The notes beneath the pieces are model-generated. The model was given only the letters and a program-made list of their open reading frames with translations. It did not search any database and was not told the DNA's origin. From the NCBI GenBank assembly GCA_945904955.1, contig CAMDPO010000007.1, forward strand, positions 11,839 to 75,838: DNA of 64,000 bases, in the 5' to 3' direction. Source of the stretch: Rhizobium sp. Q54 (lineage in GTDB: Bacteria > Pseudomonadota > Alphaproteobacteria > UBA2966 > CAIVPW01). A program made the translations under genes and the position numbers. The number at the start of each line of letters is the position of its first letter. The first letter of the stretch is position 1. Positions 48,527 through 58,543 of the stretch are shown here, piece by piece.

Positions 48527-49144
48527 TCAGGCTCCCTTCCTGGAGCGCACAAGGGTCTTGGGCCGGCGGTTGACGTCGGCGATGGCTCCCTTTTCGTCCA
48601 TCGTGAAGCGGACGGCGGTGAGCTCCTGACCCTTATGGTCGAGGTGCAGCGTCGTGTAGAACACGAGCGAGACCTCTGGATTCAGCTTTTCCACCTTCAG
48701 CTCGACCGGCACGTCTTCGGTGCCGTTGGCGAGATAGTGGTGGACGTTGATGACGTACTCGCCCGGCACGATGCCGCGGATCGTCACCGTTTCCTGGTTG
48801 AGCGGGTTCGAAATCTTGTTGTTCCCGAGGGCGATGGTGTCGCGGTAGTTGCCGCGATCGTCGCGATCGAGGTGCATCAGCCCGGCTTCCTTGACGTGGT
48901 ACCAGACAACGCCGCCGTTCGGATCTTCGACGTAGAGATCGACATCGTCCGCGTGGTTGTCCGGCCACTTCATGGTGATGAGCACTTCGGCCTTCGGGTC
49001 GATCTTGCCCGACTGCGCCGTCGGATTGATCAACATGAAGGCGATCAAGAACATGAAGGTGAAGCTCAACAGGGCATTAAAGAGCATGTCCTGGAACGGA
49101 TAGAAGACTTCACCCTCGTAGAAGAAGCCGTCGGATGACTTCAT
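48527..49144 (-). CDS. Single-TM protein: ExbD/MotB-like TM with Asp plus YfaP/DUF2135-like domain (paralogue B)
   Basis: First 41 aa are 40/41 identical to 27230-27835; lies directly downstream of the MotA-like gene. Confidence 0.8.
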   Translation of the reverse strand: MKSSDGFFYEGEVFYPFQDMLFNALLSFTFMFLIAFMLINPTAQSGKIDPKAEVLITMKWPDNHADDVDLYVEDPNGGVVWYHVKEAGLMHLDRDDRGNYRDTIALGNNKISNPLNQETVTIRGIVPGEYVINVHHYLANGTEDVPVELKVEKLNPEVSLVFYTTLHLDHKGQELTAVRFTMDEKGAIADVNRRPKTLVRSRKGA

Positions 49145-49177
49145 GACGCGCCCCGCGTGCCTAGACGGATGTGACTG

Positions 49178-49972
49178 CTACGCGGCTTCGCTCTGGAGCG
49201 CCGGCACCACGTACATGTCGGTCGTCTCGGCGATCAGGGAGTGCAGTTCGATCGTGCCGATCTCGAGGAAGTAGTACTGCAGCTTCAGCACGATCGAGCC
49301 GATCAGCGCGGTGAGGGTCACCGACAACGCGGTGGCCATACCGACCGACATGTCGGACATCGCGGCGCGCAGGGTCAGCGGATCGAAGCTGTCGATGCCG
49401 CGGATGGGCCCCAGCATCAGCATGAAGCCGATGACGGTGCCGACCAGGCCGATCTTGGGCAGGGCGTCGACGATGAACACGCCGACCTGCAAGCGGGCGC
49501 GCAGAGAGTCGGCCATCGCGTGCATGAGGAGCGAGTGATCGAGCGGCTCGCCGCTCGGATTGCGCGCCTTGACGATGACGTTGCGGACGTGATCGGTCAG
49601 CGCACCGGCAGGCAACACCGCTCCGTCGCCAGAGGTGACGTCGCCGTTCTCGTTGATGCGGAAGTTGGTGGGGTTCTTGCGGATCGTGCGCGCGACGCGG
49701 CGGGCAACGTTGAGTTCACGCGACACTGCAACCGTCGAGAAGCCGCAGTGGATGGTGGCGCCGATGAACACCAGCGTCACCAAGCTGGACAGATACGTGC
49801 GGTCGGATGCGACCATGTCGTGGAAGAGGCCGACCTGGAAGATCGCGAACAGCGCCACGACGATGAGCGACGCGACGATCAGCCAACGCAGCAACAGCAT
49901 GTAGTCACGCAGCTCGAAGGGCGTGACGATGACTCGCGGCCCCGGACCGCCGGTAAGTTCAGAAGTGCTCAT
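49178..49972 (-). CDS. MotA/TolQ/ExbB proton channel family protein
   Basis: LPKIGLVGTVIGF and GMATALSVTL.AL C-terminal helices; two N-terminal TMs. Confidence 0.85.
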   Translation of the reverse strand: MSTSELTGGPGPRVIVTPFELRDYMLLLRWLIVASLIVVALFAIFQVGLFHDMVASDRTYLSSLVTLVFIGATIHCGFSTVAVSRELNVARRVARTIRKNPTNFRINENGDVTSGDGAVLPAGALTDHVRNVIVKARNPSGEPLDHSLLMHAMADSLRARLQVGVFIVDALPKIGLVGTVIGFMLMLGPIRGIDSFDPLTLRAAMSDMSVGMATALSVTLTALIGSIVLKLQYYFLEIGTIELHSLIAETTDMYVVPALQSEAA

Positions 49973-50122
49973 GGAATTTTGCCCACCCAAGTGCTGCGCG
50001 GATTCGAAGGCCCGCGCCCGTACCCCGCCCAAAACTAATGGACACCATAGTGTGGAAGCTCACACTGAATCAAGCGGCCCTTACCGCGCGGGAACCCTTG
50101 TGATCCGCGGATTTCCGTGTTC

Positions 50123-50644
50123 TCAGCGCAAGCGTTGCCGGTACTCCCACGGCAAGATGAACGGGCCCTGCCAGGCCCCCACGCCGGCCACGTCGGCGAC
50201 CTTTTCGGCGGCGACGTAATCCATCGTCTGCTCGCGCACGGCCAGTGCCATGCCACGCCGCACCAGCAAATCGGCGATGTCCTTGCCGTTGATGATGCAG
50301 GTGCCCCACGGCGTGCCACGCCGGCGCGGATCGGGGTCTTCGCGTGGGGTGCACGCGACCGGCCCGCCCTCATCGAACAGGATCTTTTCCATCTCGCGGT
50401 AGGCGACGGCGCCGCACGACCACGGCTTGCCGTTCAAGAAGCAGCTTTGGTCCTGCTCCAGCGCGTCGATCCCGAAAAGGTGAAAGCGCCGTCCGTTCAC
50501 GTACAGGACGTCGGTGTCGATTATCTGGGCGTTGCCGACGACGTTCTTTTCGTCGGCGTCAGGCACGGGCGCCACGGCCTGCGCCGGCGCACTACCCGCG
50601 CTCAGACAGACGATCAGTGCCGCAGCAGTGTTCGTTCGCCACAT
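50123..50644 (-). CDS. Thermonuclease (SNase) family secreted protein
   Basis: LFGIDALE..Q.C...G..W.CG, LVRRGMA, Y.AAE..A...G.W.G.F..PWEYR. Confidence 0.83.
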   Translation of the reverse strand: MWRTNTAAALIVCLSAGSAPAQAVAPVPDADEKNVVGNAQIIDTDVLYVNGRRFHLFGIDALEQDQSCFLNGKPWSCGAVAYREMEKILFDEGGPVACTPREDPDPRRRGTPWGTCIINGKDIADLLVRRGMALAVREQTMDYVAAEKVADVAGVGAWQGPFILPWEYRQRLR

Positions 50645-50716
50645 GGAAACCCACCGTTCGACGATACGCGTATTCTAGGCAGCGCCGCGCGACGACGCAA
50701 AACCTCGACTAGCGCT

Positions 50717-51421
50717 TCATAGGCCGGCGAAGGTCGCCACGGTCGCACCGGTCCACAGATCGTTGGCCGGCGGCACCTCGCCCGGCCGCAGCACGCGCAC
50801 CCCGTGCATGCCGGCCTCCGTCGCGGCGCGCACTTCGCCGACGTGATCGGACAGGAAGGTCACCAAGCTTGGCGCCACGCCGATGCGCCCGGCGATGGTC
50901 GTGTACGACTTTGCCTCGAGCTTGCCGCCCACGGTAGTGTCGAAGTGTCCCTCGATCAGCGGCAACAGATCGCCGCGATCCGAGTAGCGGAAGATCAGCT
51001 GCTGCGCTTCGACCGAGCCGGACGAATAGATAAAGACGCGCACGCCGCGCTTCTTCCACGCGCGCAACGCTGCCTCCGCATCGTCGAACACGGGGCCCTT
51101 CAGGGCGCCCGACTCGTATCCCTGGCGCCAGATCATGCCCTGCAGCGCTTTGAGCGGCGTGACCTTGCGGTCCGCGTCGATCCATTGGATCAGCGCGTGT
51201 ACCGCCGCCGCGGGATCGGGCCGCGCCGCGCCGAGCTCCTTGGCAACTGCCGCGATCTGCTCCGCGACCTTCGGCTCGCTCGCGTGCTTCATGACGAAGT
51301 CGGCGACGCGCTGGCGCGCGTACGGAAACAGCGTCTGTTTGACGAACGCGATCGGCGTCGTCGTGCCCTCGACGTCGAGCAGCGCAATGCTGCCTGCGGT
51401 CAGTAGGGTGAGCTTAGACAC
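50717..51421 (-). CDS. mtnC: Enolase-phosphatase E1 (acireductone synthase)
   Basis: LLDVEGTTT..FVK.TLFPYA, DRK.TPLKALQG and YSSGSVEAQ. Confidence 0.92.
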   Translation of the reverse strand: MSKLTLLTAGSIALLDVEGTTTPIAFVKQTLFPYARQRVADFVMKHASEPKVAEQIAAVAKELGAARPDPAAAVHALIQWIDADRKVTPLKALQGMIWRQGYESGALKGPVFDDAEAALRAWKKRGVRVFIYSSGSVEAQQLIFRYSDRGDLLPLIEGHFDTTVGGKLEAKSYTTIAGRIGVAPSLVTFLSDHVGEVRAATEAGMHGVRVLRPGEVPPANDLWTGATVATFAGL

Positions 51422-51974
51422 TGCGTACTTGTTCGCCGAACGGCGGGAACTTGTCCGCGATGGTCTCGCCGGTGAACTTCGCAACCCAACCCTCGGGGTT
51501 GGTGAACAGGCGGATGGCGGTGAAGCGCGGCGCCGGCCCCATGTCGAACCAGTGCTTCGTGTTGTGGGGCACCGAGATCAGGTCGTCACGCTCGCAGATC
51601 ACCTGGTACACGCGCGGGCCGAGGTGCAGATAGAACGAGCCGATGCCCTCGACGAAGAAGCGCACCTCGTCCTCCGCATGCTGGTGCTCGTTGAGGAACT
51701 TCTTGCGCGCCTCGACGCGATTGGCCGATTCCGGAACCATGCGCACCACGTCGGCAGTCACGTAGCCCTTGGCGCGCTTCAGCTTGTTGATGCCGTTCGC
51801 GTAGGCCGCGAGGACCTTCTCCTGTCCGTCGCTCGGGGCGAGCTCGACGTCGGCCTTCCAACGCTCGAAGAGAATGCCTTCTTTCTCCAGCGCCTTGGCG
51901 ATGCCCGAGCCGTCGGTGATCACGCGCTCCGCTGCACCCGGCTTGTCGTCGCGAAAGATTCTGAGTTCGCTCAT
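51414..51974 (-). CDS. mtnD: Acireductone dioxygenase
   Basis: KFLNEHQHAEDEVRFFVEG and HWFDMG. Confidence 0.93.
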   Translation of the reverse strand: MSELRIFRDDKPGAAERVITDGSGIAKALEKEGILFERWKADVELAPSDGQEKVLAAYANGINKLKRAKGYVTADVVRMVPESANRVEARKKFLNEHQHAEDEVRFFVEGIGSFYLHLGPRVYQVICERDDLISVPHNTKHWFDMGPAPRFTAIRLFTNPEGWVAKFTGETIADKFPPFGEQVRSV

Positions 51975-52600
51975 CGGCTGACCTTTCGTCTCTCCAGCTC
52001 GCACCCGAACAGGAATTCCAGCGCCTCGGTGTGGCGCAACGCGTCGGCCATGGTGCGTCCCCACGCATATAGGCCATGACCCGCCAAAAGATAGCCGAAG
52101 CGCGGCACGTTGTCGGACAGGCGCGCACGCACGTTGACGGCGAGCGCATCCATGTCCTGGGTGTTGCCAAACACCGGCACGGCGATGCCCGTCTCGTGGG
52201 TGCGGATGCCGTCGAGTGCCTTGAGCAGCTCGTATCCGTCGAGGCGAATCTCGCGCGTGGGCCCGCTCACCATCGACAGCACCGTCGAGTTGCGTGCGTG
52301 GACGTGCACCACGGCGCCGACGCTGGGGTCGGCGGTGTAGCGCTCGACGTGGAGCGCGGTCTCCGCTGACGCAGCGCGGCCGCCCTGCACCTTGCTTGCC
52401 GTGAGGTCGTAGACCAGCACGTCGGGAGAGCGCAGCGAGCCTTTGTCGACGCCTGAGGCCGTGATGGCCATGGCGGTCTGGTCGATGCGGGCCGACAAAT
52501 TGCCGGCGGTCGCGGGGGTCCAGCCCTTGGCCGAAACGAAGGCGCCGGCGGCAATGATGTCCTCGGCGATGCGGCTCGGGACGCTGTCGGGTGCGGTCAT
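51971..52600 (-). CDS. mtnB: Methylthioribulose-1-phosphate dehydratase
   Basis: GWTPATAGNLS, ITASGVDKG, SAETALH and GHGLYAWG. Confidence 0.93.
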   Translation of the reverse strand: MTAPDSVPSRIAEDIIAAGAFVSAKGWTPATAGNLSARIDQTAMAITASGVDKGSLRSPDVLVYDLTASKVQGGRAASAETALHVERYTADPSVGAVVHVHARNSTVLSMVSGPTREIRLDGYELLKALDGIRTHETGIAVPVFGNTQDMDALAVNVRARLSDNVPRFGYLLAGHGLYAWGRTMADALRHTEALEFLFGCELERRKVSR

Positions 52601-52676
52601 GACCGCCACATACGGGCGGCCCGCACCGGGGTCAAGGATTCGCCGCGCCGCGGCCAGGATGCTAGGGTTGCGCCCG

Positions 52677-53102
52677 ATGAAGTCGTTGATGGAAAGACGC
52701 GCCCTGCTCGGGCGCTTGGCGGCCGCGCTCCTGCTGTTGCTGGCGGCGCCGCCCGTCGTGGCCGCCGAGAAGGGCAAGGTCGACCCCAACGCGCCGATGT
52801 TCATCAAGCTGCAAGCGCTCAACGTCTCGGTGTTCGACCGTGGTATCACGCGCGGCAAGCTGACCATCGAGTTGCAGCTCGACGTGGTGCAGAAGACGCG
52901 CGTCGCCAACATCAATTCGCGCCTGCCGCGCCTCTACGACGGCTACCTGGCCGCCGTCACCGAGTACTCGAACTCGCGCACGGCCGTCGATCGCGCCCCC
53001 GACCTCGACTATTTGTTGGAGCGCTTCCAGGCCATCACCGACGAAGCAGTCGGCGCCGGCGTCGTCAAGGTGCTGTTCCACACCGCGGTCCGCACGCTCT
53101 AG
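52677..53102 (+). CDS. FliL-like secreted/anchored protein
   Basis: N-terminal hydrophobic segment; FI.L..LNVSV, LPRLYD and VKVLF pattern. Confidence 0.55.
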   Translation: MKSLMERRALLGRLAAALLLLLAAPPVVAAEKGKVDPNAPMFIKLQALNVSVFDRGITRGKLTIELQLDVVQKTRVANINSRLPRLYDGYLAAVTEYSNSRTAVDRAPDLDYLLERFQAITDEAVGAGVVKVLFHTAVRTL

Positions 53103-53108
53103 CGCGGA

Positions 53109-53810
53109 CTACGCCGCCGCCTTCTGCGGCTCGGCTTTCAGCCAGCGATCGAAGAACGCATCGAGCCACTGTCCGACCACCGGATCGTGGGTCGGCGATA
53201 CGGCGAACTGTTGCGCGCGCGGCTGCGCCTCCGGGCGCAAGAGATCCGGGTCGCTCTCGGTCCAGCGCGTGACGATCGCCGGCGTAACCTCGGGGTGGAA
53301 CTGGACGCCGACAGCGCCGCTGTAGCGGAACGCCTGATGCGCGAACACGTCGCCGGCCGCCAGCAGCTCGGCGCCGGGTGCGACGTCGAAGCCCTCGTTG
53401 TGCCACTGATAGACGTGCATCGGCGCGGGAAAGACCTCGTGTCCCGCGACCACCGGGCGAACCGGCGCGTAGCCGATCTCGTGCAGGCCGCGCGGATGGC
53501 GCGCCACGCGCGCGCCCAACGCACGCGCCAGCAGTTGGCCGCCCAAGCAGATGCCGAAGTACGGCGTGCCCTGCGCCAGCACCGTCGGAATCCAGTCGAG
53601 CTCGGCGCGAATGAAATCCAGGTGCGCGTCGTTGGCGCTCATGCGGCCACCGAACACGACGACGCCCGCAAGCTCGCGCGCGGCGGGCAGCGGGTCGCCC
53701 AGGAACGGGCGGCACAGCACGGTGGTGTACCCGCGGGCGCGCAGCACTTCGCCGACCCGGCCGGCGCAGGCCGTCTTCTCGTGGGTGACGAACAGGATGC
53801 GCCCGCTCAT
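53109..53810 (-). CDS. Class I glutamine amidotransferase
   Basis: FGG.MSAND, GICLGGQL, QWH.EGF and QFHPE. Confidence 0.88.
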   Translation of the reverse strand: MSGRILFVTHEKTACAGRVGEVLRARGYTTVLCRPFLGDPLPAARELAGVVVFGGRMSANDAHLDFIRAELDWIPTVLAQGTPYFGICLGGQLLARALGARVARHPRGLHEIGYAPVRPVVAGHEVFPAPMHVYQWHNEGFDVAPGAELLAAGDVFAHQAFRYSGAVGVQFHPEVTPAIVTRWTESDPDLLRPEAQPRAQQFAVSPTHDPVVGQWLDAFFDRWLKAEPQKAAA

Positions 53811-53921
53811 GTGCAACCCTATACGGTGTGGGGACTTGGTGCGCAACCCTCAGGCCTGCCTCGAAATTCAGCAGCCGCAGGACTGCTTGCGGCAGGTGCC
53901 GATTCCGGAGTTTGATCGCGC

Positions 53922-55895
53922 ATGGGTCAGCGCAGCCGCGGCCGCGACGAGGGGCCGGCGGAGGCCGGCACCCCCCTCTACGAACGCGCGCTGGCGGCGG
54001 CCCAGCAATCCCTTCTCGAGTGGCGCCCCGGCGCCGACCGCATGACGGTGGGGCCAGCGTTCTGGGCGCAGATCGGCCGGCCGGAGCTCGGGCCGTCGCT
54101 GCCGCTGGCCGACTTCCTTGGGCTGGTCGCCGTCGACGATGGGTTCGACCTCGGCGAGATGCTGCGCGGCTGCGCCGCCTACGAGGGCGATCCCGTCGCC
54201 GACGTCTCCACGTCCGTGCGCGTCGTGACGCCGCAAAGCGACGTGCGGGAGTTCACGGTCGCCTTGTCGCGGCCGGGCGTCGGCACCGGCCGCGAGCGCG
54301 TCGTTGTCGGCATCGTCAGCGACGCGACGGAAGCACGCCGCCTGCGCCGCGAACTCGTCGAGGCGCGCAACCTCGCCGAGGGCGCCAACCGCGCCAAGTC
54401 GGAATTCATCGCCACCATCAGCCATGAGATCCGCACGCCCATCAACGGCATCCTCGGCATGACAGGACTGCTGCTCGACACCAAGCTCGGCGAGGAGCAG
54501 CGCGACTTCGCGCGCACGGTGCAGGAGTCGGGACAAGCGCTGCTCGATATCGTCACGGACATCCTCGACTTCGCCAAGGTCGAGTCCGGCAAGCTCGAGC
54601 TGGAACAGATCGCCTTCGAGCTGCCCGAGGTGGTGGCCGGCGCCGTGCGCATGACCGAGGCGCGGGCGCGCGCCAAAGGGCTCGATCTTCGGTGGGCGCC
54701 GGACGCCAATCTGCCGCGCGACGTCCAGGGCGACCCGGGCCGCCTGCGCCAGGTGCTGCTCAACCTGATCAGCAACGCCATCAAGTTCACCGAAAAGGGG
54801 CGCGTCGTCGTGCGCGCCCGCGCCCTCCAGCGCAAGAACCGCGTGGCGCGCCTGCGCTTCGAGATCGAGGACACCGGCATCGGCATCAGCGAGGCGGCGC
54901 TCCCCAAACTGTTCCAGAAGTTCAGCCAGGTCGACTCGTCGATCGCGCGCCGCTACGGCGGCACCGGGCTCGGCCTGGCCGTCTGCAAGAGCCTGATCGA
55001 CCTCATGGCGGGCGACATCGGCGTCGAGTCGACGGTGGGCTCGGGCAGCACGTTCTGGTTCGAGATCGCGCTGCCCGAGGGCAGCGCCAAGCTCGACCGC
55101 CGGCAACCGACGGGAGCGCGGCGCGCCAGCGTGCCGGTGCTGGTCGTCGATGACAACCATGTCAACAGCCGCCTCCTGGCCGCGCTGCTGACGCGCATGG
55201 GGCATTCGTCGGATGTCGTCGACACAGGCTGGAAGGCAGTCGAAGCGGCGCGCAAGGGCAACTTCGGCCTGGTGCTCATGGACGTGCAGCTGCCGGGCCT
55301 CAACGGCTACGAGGCTGCCGCCGCGATCCGCGCCTTGCCGGGCAAGCGCGGCGAGGTTCCCATCATCGCGGTGACGGCTGACCCGACCGAAGGCGACCGC
55401 GAGCGCTATCGCCACTCCGCCATCAACGACTTCGTGCCGAAGCCGGTTGACGCAAGCGAGCTCACCAACGTCGTGAAGCGCTGGGCCGGAACCTGGGTCG
55501 GCCGCGGCGCGCCGCGCACCGACGCGCCCACCCTGCGGTCCGACGAGATCATCGACCGCTCGGTGCTGAGCGCGCTTGCCGCGCGCATCGGCACACAGAA
55601 GACCGGCGAACTGGTCGACCTCTATATGGACGACCTGAAGGAGCGCATGGAGCGCATGCGCGTCGCGCTGGAGGCGCGCGATATGAACGCCTTGCATCGC
55701 GAGGCCCACGACCTGAAGGGCACCTCCGGCAGCCTCGGCCTCACCCGCCTGTTCGCCCTCGGCGAAGGCATCCAGGGCGCCACCCAGGACGGCAACGAGA
55801 AGCTGGCCTTCGCCACGGCTGCCGAGGTCGGGCCGGTGGCCGAGCTGACCATCGCAGCCCTCGCCGACGCCGACCCCCGCAAGCGGCCGACCTAG
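53922..55895 (+). CDS. Cytoplasmic hybrid histidine kinase (HisKA-HATPase-REC-Hpt)
   Basis: SHEIRTP, NAIKFT, GGTGLGL, MDVQLP and AHDLKG. Confidence 0.9.
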   Translation: MGQRSRGRDEGPAEAGTPLYERALAAAQQSLLEWRPGADRMTVGPAFWAQIGRPELGPSLPLADFLGLVAVDDGFDLGEMLRGCAAYEGDPVADVSTSVRVVTPQSDVREFTVALSRPGVGTGRERVVVGIVSDATEARRLRRELVEARNLAEGANRAKSEFIATISHEIRTPINGILGMTGLLLDTKLGEEQRDFARTVQESGQALLDIVTDILDFAKVESGKLELEQIAFELPEVVAGAVRMTEARARAKGLDLRWAPDANLPRDVQGDPGRLRQVLLNLISNAIKFTEKGRVVVRARALQRKNRVARLRFEIEDTGIGISEAALPKLFQKFSQVDSSIARRYGGTGLGLAVCKSLIDLMAGDIGVESTVGSGSTFWFEIALPEGSAKLDRRQPTGARRASVPVLVVDDNHVNSRLLAALLTRMGHSSDVVDTGWKAVEAARKGNFGLVLMDVQLPGLNGYEAAAAIRALPGKRGEVPIIAVTADPTEGDRERYRHSAINDFVPKPVDASELTNVVKRWAGTWVGRGAPRTDAPTLRSDEIIDRSVLSALAARIGTQKTGELVDLYMDDLKERMERMRVALEARDMNALHREAHDLKGTSGSLGLTRLFALGEGIQGATQDGNEKLAFATAAEVGPVAELTIAALADADPRKRPT

Positions 55896-56038
55896 AAGCG
55901 TGGGCGCGACGACCGGATAGCGCGCGGTTCTCGGCTGGGATACCAACTACGGACATCCTCGCGCCCGAATTGCGCAACAGATTGCCCCTGAGAGGCCAGA
56001 GGATTCTTCGGCCACCGCCCTTTCCTGGGAGGAACGCT

Positions 56039-57283
56039 ATGCACACGCTGCACCGCGCCGCCGTCACGGCCGCGCTCACCTCGCTGATCCTGACCATGGG
56101 CACGATTTCCGCCCCGGCCCATGCCGCCGACGAGCCGGGTCAACGCTTCAGGCTCACGTTCGCCGACCTGCCGCGCCCCGGCGCCACCCAATCCGCTTCG
56201 AATCCCTCGCGCACCATCCCGCGTCCCGCCAATGCGACCTTGAAGGTGCCGCCGGGTTTCCAGGTCAACCTGTTCGCGGAGCGCCTCGAGAATGCGCGCT
56301 GGATGACCGTCGCACCGAATGGCGATGTATTCCTGGCGGAGCCGGCCCGCGACAAGATCACCGTGCTGCGCGACGCCAACAACGATGGCGTCGCCGAGAT
56401 GCGCAACACGTTCGCGACCGGCATCGACAACGTGCATGGCATCGCGGTCAATGGCGACTTCCTCTATGCGACCACGCCGACCAACATCGTCCGCATTCCC
56501 TACAAGGCCGGCGATACGACGGCGACGGGCCAGCCGGCGATGGTGGGCGGGCGGAATTCGCTGGGCGACGGCGCCGGGCATTTCACGCGCAACATCGCGT
56601 TCTCGCCGGACGGCCAGGTGTTCGTCGCTGTCGGCAGCCGTGGCAACATTGACGTCGAGCCGGAGGTGCGCGCCTCGGTGCAGCGCTTCGATGCCAACGG
56701 CGGCAACCAGACGACGTTCGGCGGCGGCCTGCGCAATCCGGTCGGCATCGCCTTCCGGCCGGGCAGCAGCGACCTCTACGTCGTGGTCAACGAGCGCGAC
56801 GGCTACGGCGACGGTCTGGTGCCCGACTACCTGACGCGGGTCCAGCAAGGCGACTTCTTTGGTTGGCCCTATGCGTACCTGGGCCCCAATCCCTCCATGG
56901 GCAATTTCGGCACCCAGCGCCCCGACATGGTCACCAAGACCAAGACGCCCGACGTGCTGTTCGAGGCGCACTCCGCGCCCCTGGGCCTCGCCTTCTACGA
57001 AGGCACCCAGTTCCCGGCCGAATACCGCACCGGCGCGTTCGTCGCCCTGCACGGCTCGTGGAACTCTGGCAAACCCACCGGCTACAAGGTCGTCTATGCG
57101 CCGTTCGCGAACGGCCGCCCGACCGGCGAGTACGTCAACTTTGCCACCGGCTTCTGGGCATCCGGCACGACCCGCGCCGAAGTGTGGGGCCGCCCGGTCG
57201 GAATTGTGGTGGCGCGCGACGGCAGCCTGCTCGTTGCCGACGACGTCGGCCAAGCAATCTGGCGGATTTCCTACCGCGGCTAG
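56039..57283 (+). CDS. PQQ-dependent sugar / L-sorbosone dehydrogenase family beta-propeller
   Basis: Signal peptide; GLRNPVG, NERD..GD.LVPDY, FFGWPY, HSAPLG, HGSWN and GRPVG. Confidence 0.87.
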   Translation: MHTLHRAAVTAALTSLILTMGTISAPAHAADEPGQRFRLTFADLPRPGATQSASNPSRTIPRPANATLKVPPGFQVNLFAERLENARWMTVAPNGDVFLAEPARDKITVLRDANNDGVAEMRNTFATGIDNVHGIAVNGDFLYATTPTNIVRIPYKAGDTTATGQPAMVGGRNSLGDGAGHFTRNIAFSPDGQVFVAVGSRGNIDVEPEVRASVQRFDANGGNQTTFGGGLRNPVGIAFRPGSSDLYVVVNERDGYGDGLVPDYLTRVQQGDFFGWPYAYLGPNPSMGNFGTQRPDMVTKTKTPDVLFEAHSAPLGLAFYEGTQFPAEYRTGAFVALHGSWNSGKPTGYKVVYAPFANGRPTGEYVNFATGFWASGTTRAEVWGRPVGIVVARDGSLLVADDVGQAIWRISYRG

Positions 57284-57535
57284 TGCGCGCAACGCGTGTG
57301 TCCGGCGTTGCGCGCAACGCGACCGTGTGTGACGCCGGCGATGCACGTGTGACAACAGGCGCAAAGCGCCTGTTTGTGATCGTGATCAGCGCGCGCCAAC
57401 CATAACCGCGGCGAATTGTGTGACGGCGGTGGGTCTTGCCACAGCGTCCGCCGGATATCCATGTACAGTTGCGTGCGAGACAGTTGTCTCGCGTGATTCC
57501 TCCAAGAGCACGGCCTCGGTGCTGGAGAGAAGCCC

Positions 57536-57943
57536 ATGAGTAGTAGTTTGCAGAGCCGTCAGGTCCAGCTTCCGGATGACGGACCCGACCTTGAAGTGGT
57601 GCGGTACGCTCCCGGCAGCGTCATCTTCTGCGAAGGCAGCCCCGGCTATCGCGCCTTCATCGTCCAATCCGGACTCGTGGAGATATCCAAGGTCGGTCCG
57701 CGCGGTGAACGCGTCATCGGCTACGTCGGTGGCGGCGAAGTGTTCGGCGAGCTTGCACCGCTCGACGGCGAGCCGCGCATGGCCTCGGCGACCGCCATCA
57801 AGGAGACGGTGTGCATCGTGATGCCGGAGCAGAACTTGCGCCAGCATCTGTCGGCCGCCGATCCGTTCGTACGCGACCTGCTGTTCGTGCTCGTGCGCGG
57901 ACTGCGTCAGGTCACGTCTGAGTTGGTAGCGAAGCCGCGTTGA
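57536..57943 (+). CDS. Stand-alone cyclic nucleotide-binding domain protein
   Basis: IFCEG.PG..AFIVQSG.VEI and FGELA..DGEPRMASA; no HTH domain. Confidence 0.83.
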   Translation: MSSSLQSRQVQLPDDGPDLEVVRYAPGSVIFCEGSPGYRAFIVQSGLVEISKVGPRGERVIGYVGGGEVFGELAPLDGEPRMASATAIKETVCIVMPEQNLRQHLSAADPFVRDLLFVLVRGLRQVTSELVAKPR

Positions 57944-57974
57944 CGCAGGCATCGCTCATGGCGTCATACCGCCC

Positions 57975-58400
57975 ATGAAGGTGCTGCAGGAGTTCAAGGA
58001 GTTCGCCCTCCGCGGCAATGTCATCGACATGGCCGTCGGCATCATCATCGGCGGCGCCTTCGGCACCATCGTCCAGTCGCTGGTCAAGGACATCCTGTTG
58101 CCGCCCATCGGCTTTTTGGTGGGTGGCATCGACTTCTCCAGCATCCGCATCGTCCTGCGCGAGGGCGTCGCCGACGCCGAACCAGTCGCCATCAACATCG
58201 GCGTGTTCCTCAACAACGTCATCAGCTTTGCGATCGTCGCCGTGGCGGTGTTCGCTCTGGTGAAGGGGATCAACACCCTGCGCCGCCGCATGGAGCGTGG
58301 CATCGAGCCGGACGTCGCGCCCGCGCCGCCGCCCTGGGAGGGATATCTCAAGGACATCCGCGACGCCGTCGTGAAGGGCGACGTCGAGCCGAGGCGCTAA
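57975..58400 (+). CDS. mscL: Large-conductance mechanosensitive channel
   Basis: EFKEFALRGNVIDMAVGIIIGGAF...LKDIRD. Confidence 0.95.
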   Translation: MKVLQEFKEFALRGNVIDMAVGIIIGGAFGTIVQSLVKDILLPPIGFLVGGIDFSSIRIVLREGVADAEPVAINIGVFLNNVISFAIVAVAVFALVKGINTLRRRMERGIEPDVAPAPPPWEGYLKDIRDAVVKGDVEPRR

Positions 58401-58420
58401 CGGGCGAAGATTTCCGAGAC

Positions 58421-58496
58421 TGGTGGAGCCGAGGGGGATCGAACCCCTGACCTCGACATTGCGAACGTCGCGCTCTCCCAGCTGAGCTACGGCCCC
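58421..58496 (-). tRNA. tRNA-Ala (CGC)
   Basis: - strand GGGGCCGTAGCTCAGCTGGGAGAGCG-CGACGTTCGCAATGTCG...GGTTCGATCCC...CCACCA. Confidence 0.95.
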
Positions 58497-58543
58497 AGTC
58501 CTGTCGCGGAACGGGCGGATAATGGGTAGGGGCCCCTGCCCTG

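Noticed and set aside
47919-50644. Zorya-type anti-phage system (MotA-like gene, B subunit, nearby nuclease)
   Set aside because: The A subunit lacks the long ZorA cytoplasmic tail, the B subunit has no OmpA-like domain, there are no ZorC/D/E-like genes, and the nuclease-fold protein is secreted
50717-52600. mtnB-mtnD-mtnC operon as a novel pathway
   Set aside because: Standard methionine salvage genes with intact motifs; no evidence of a link to the adjacent cluster
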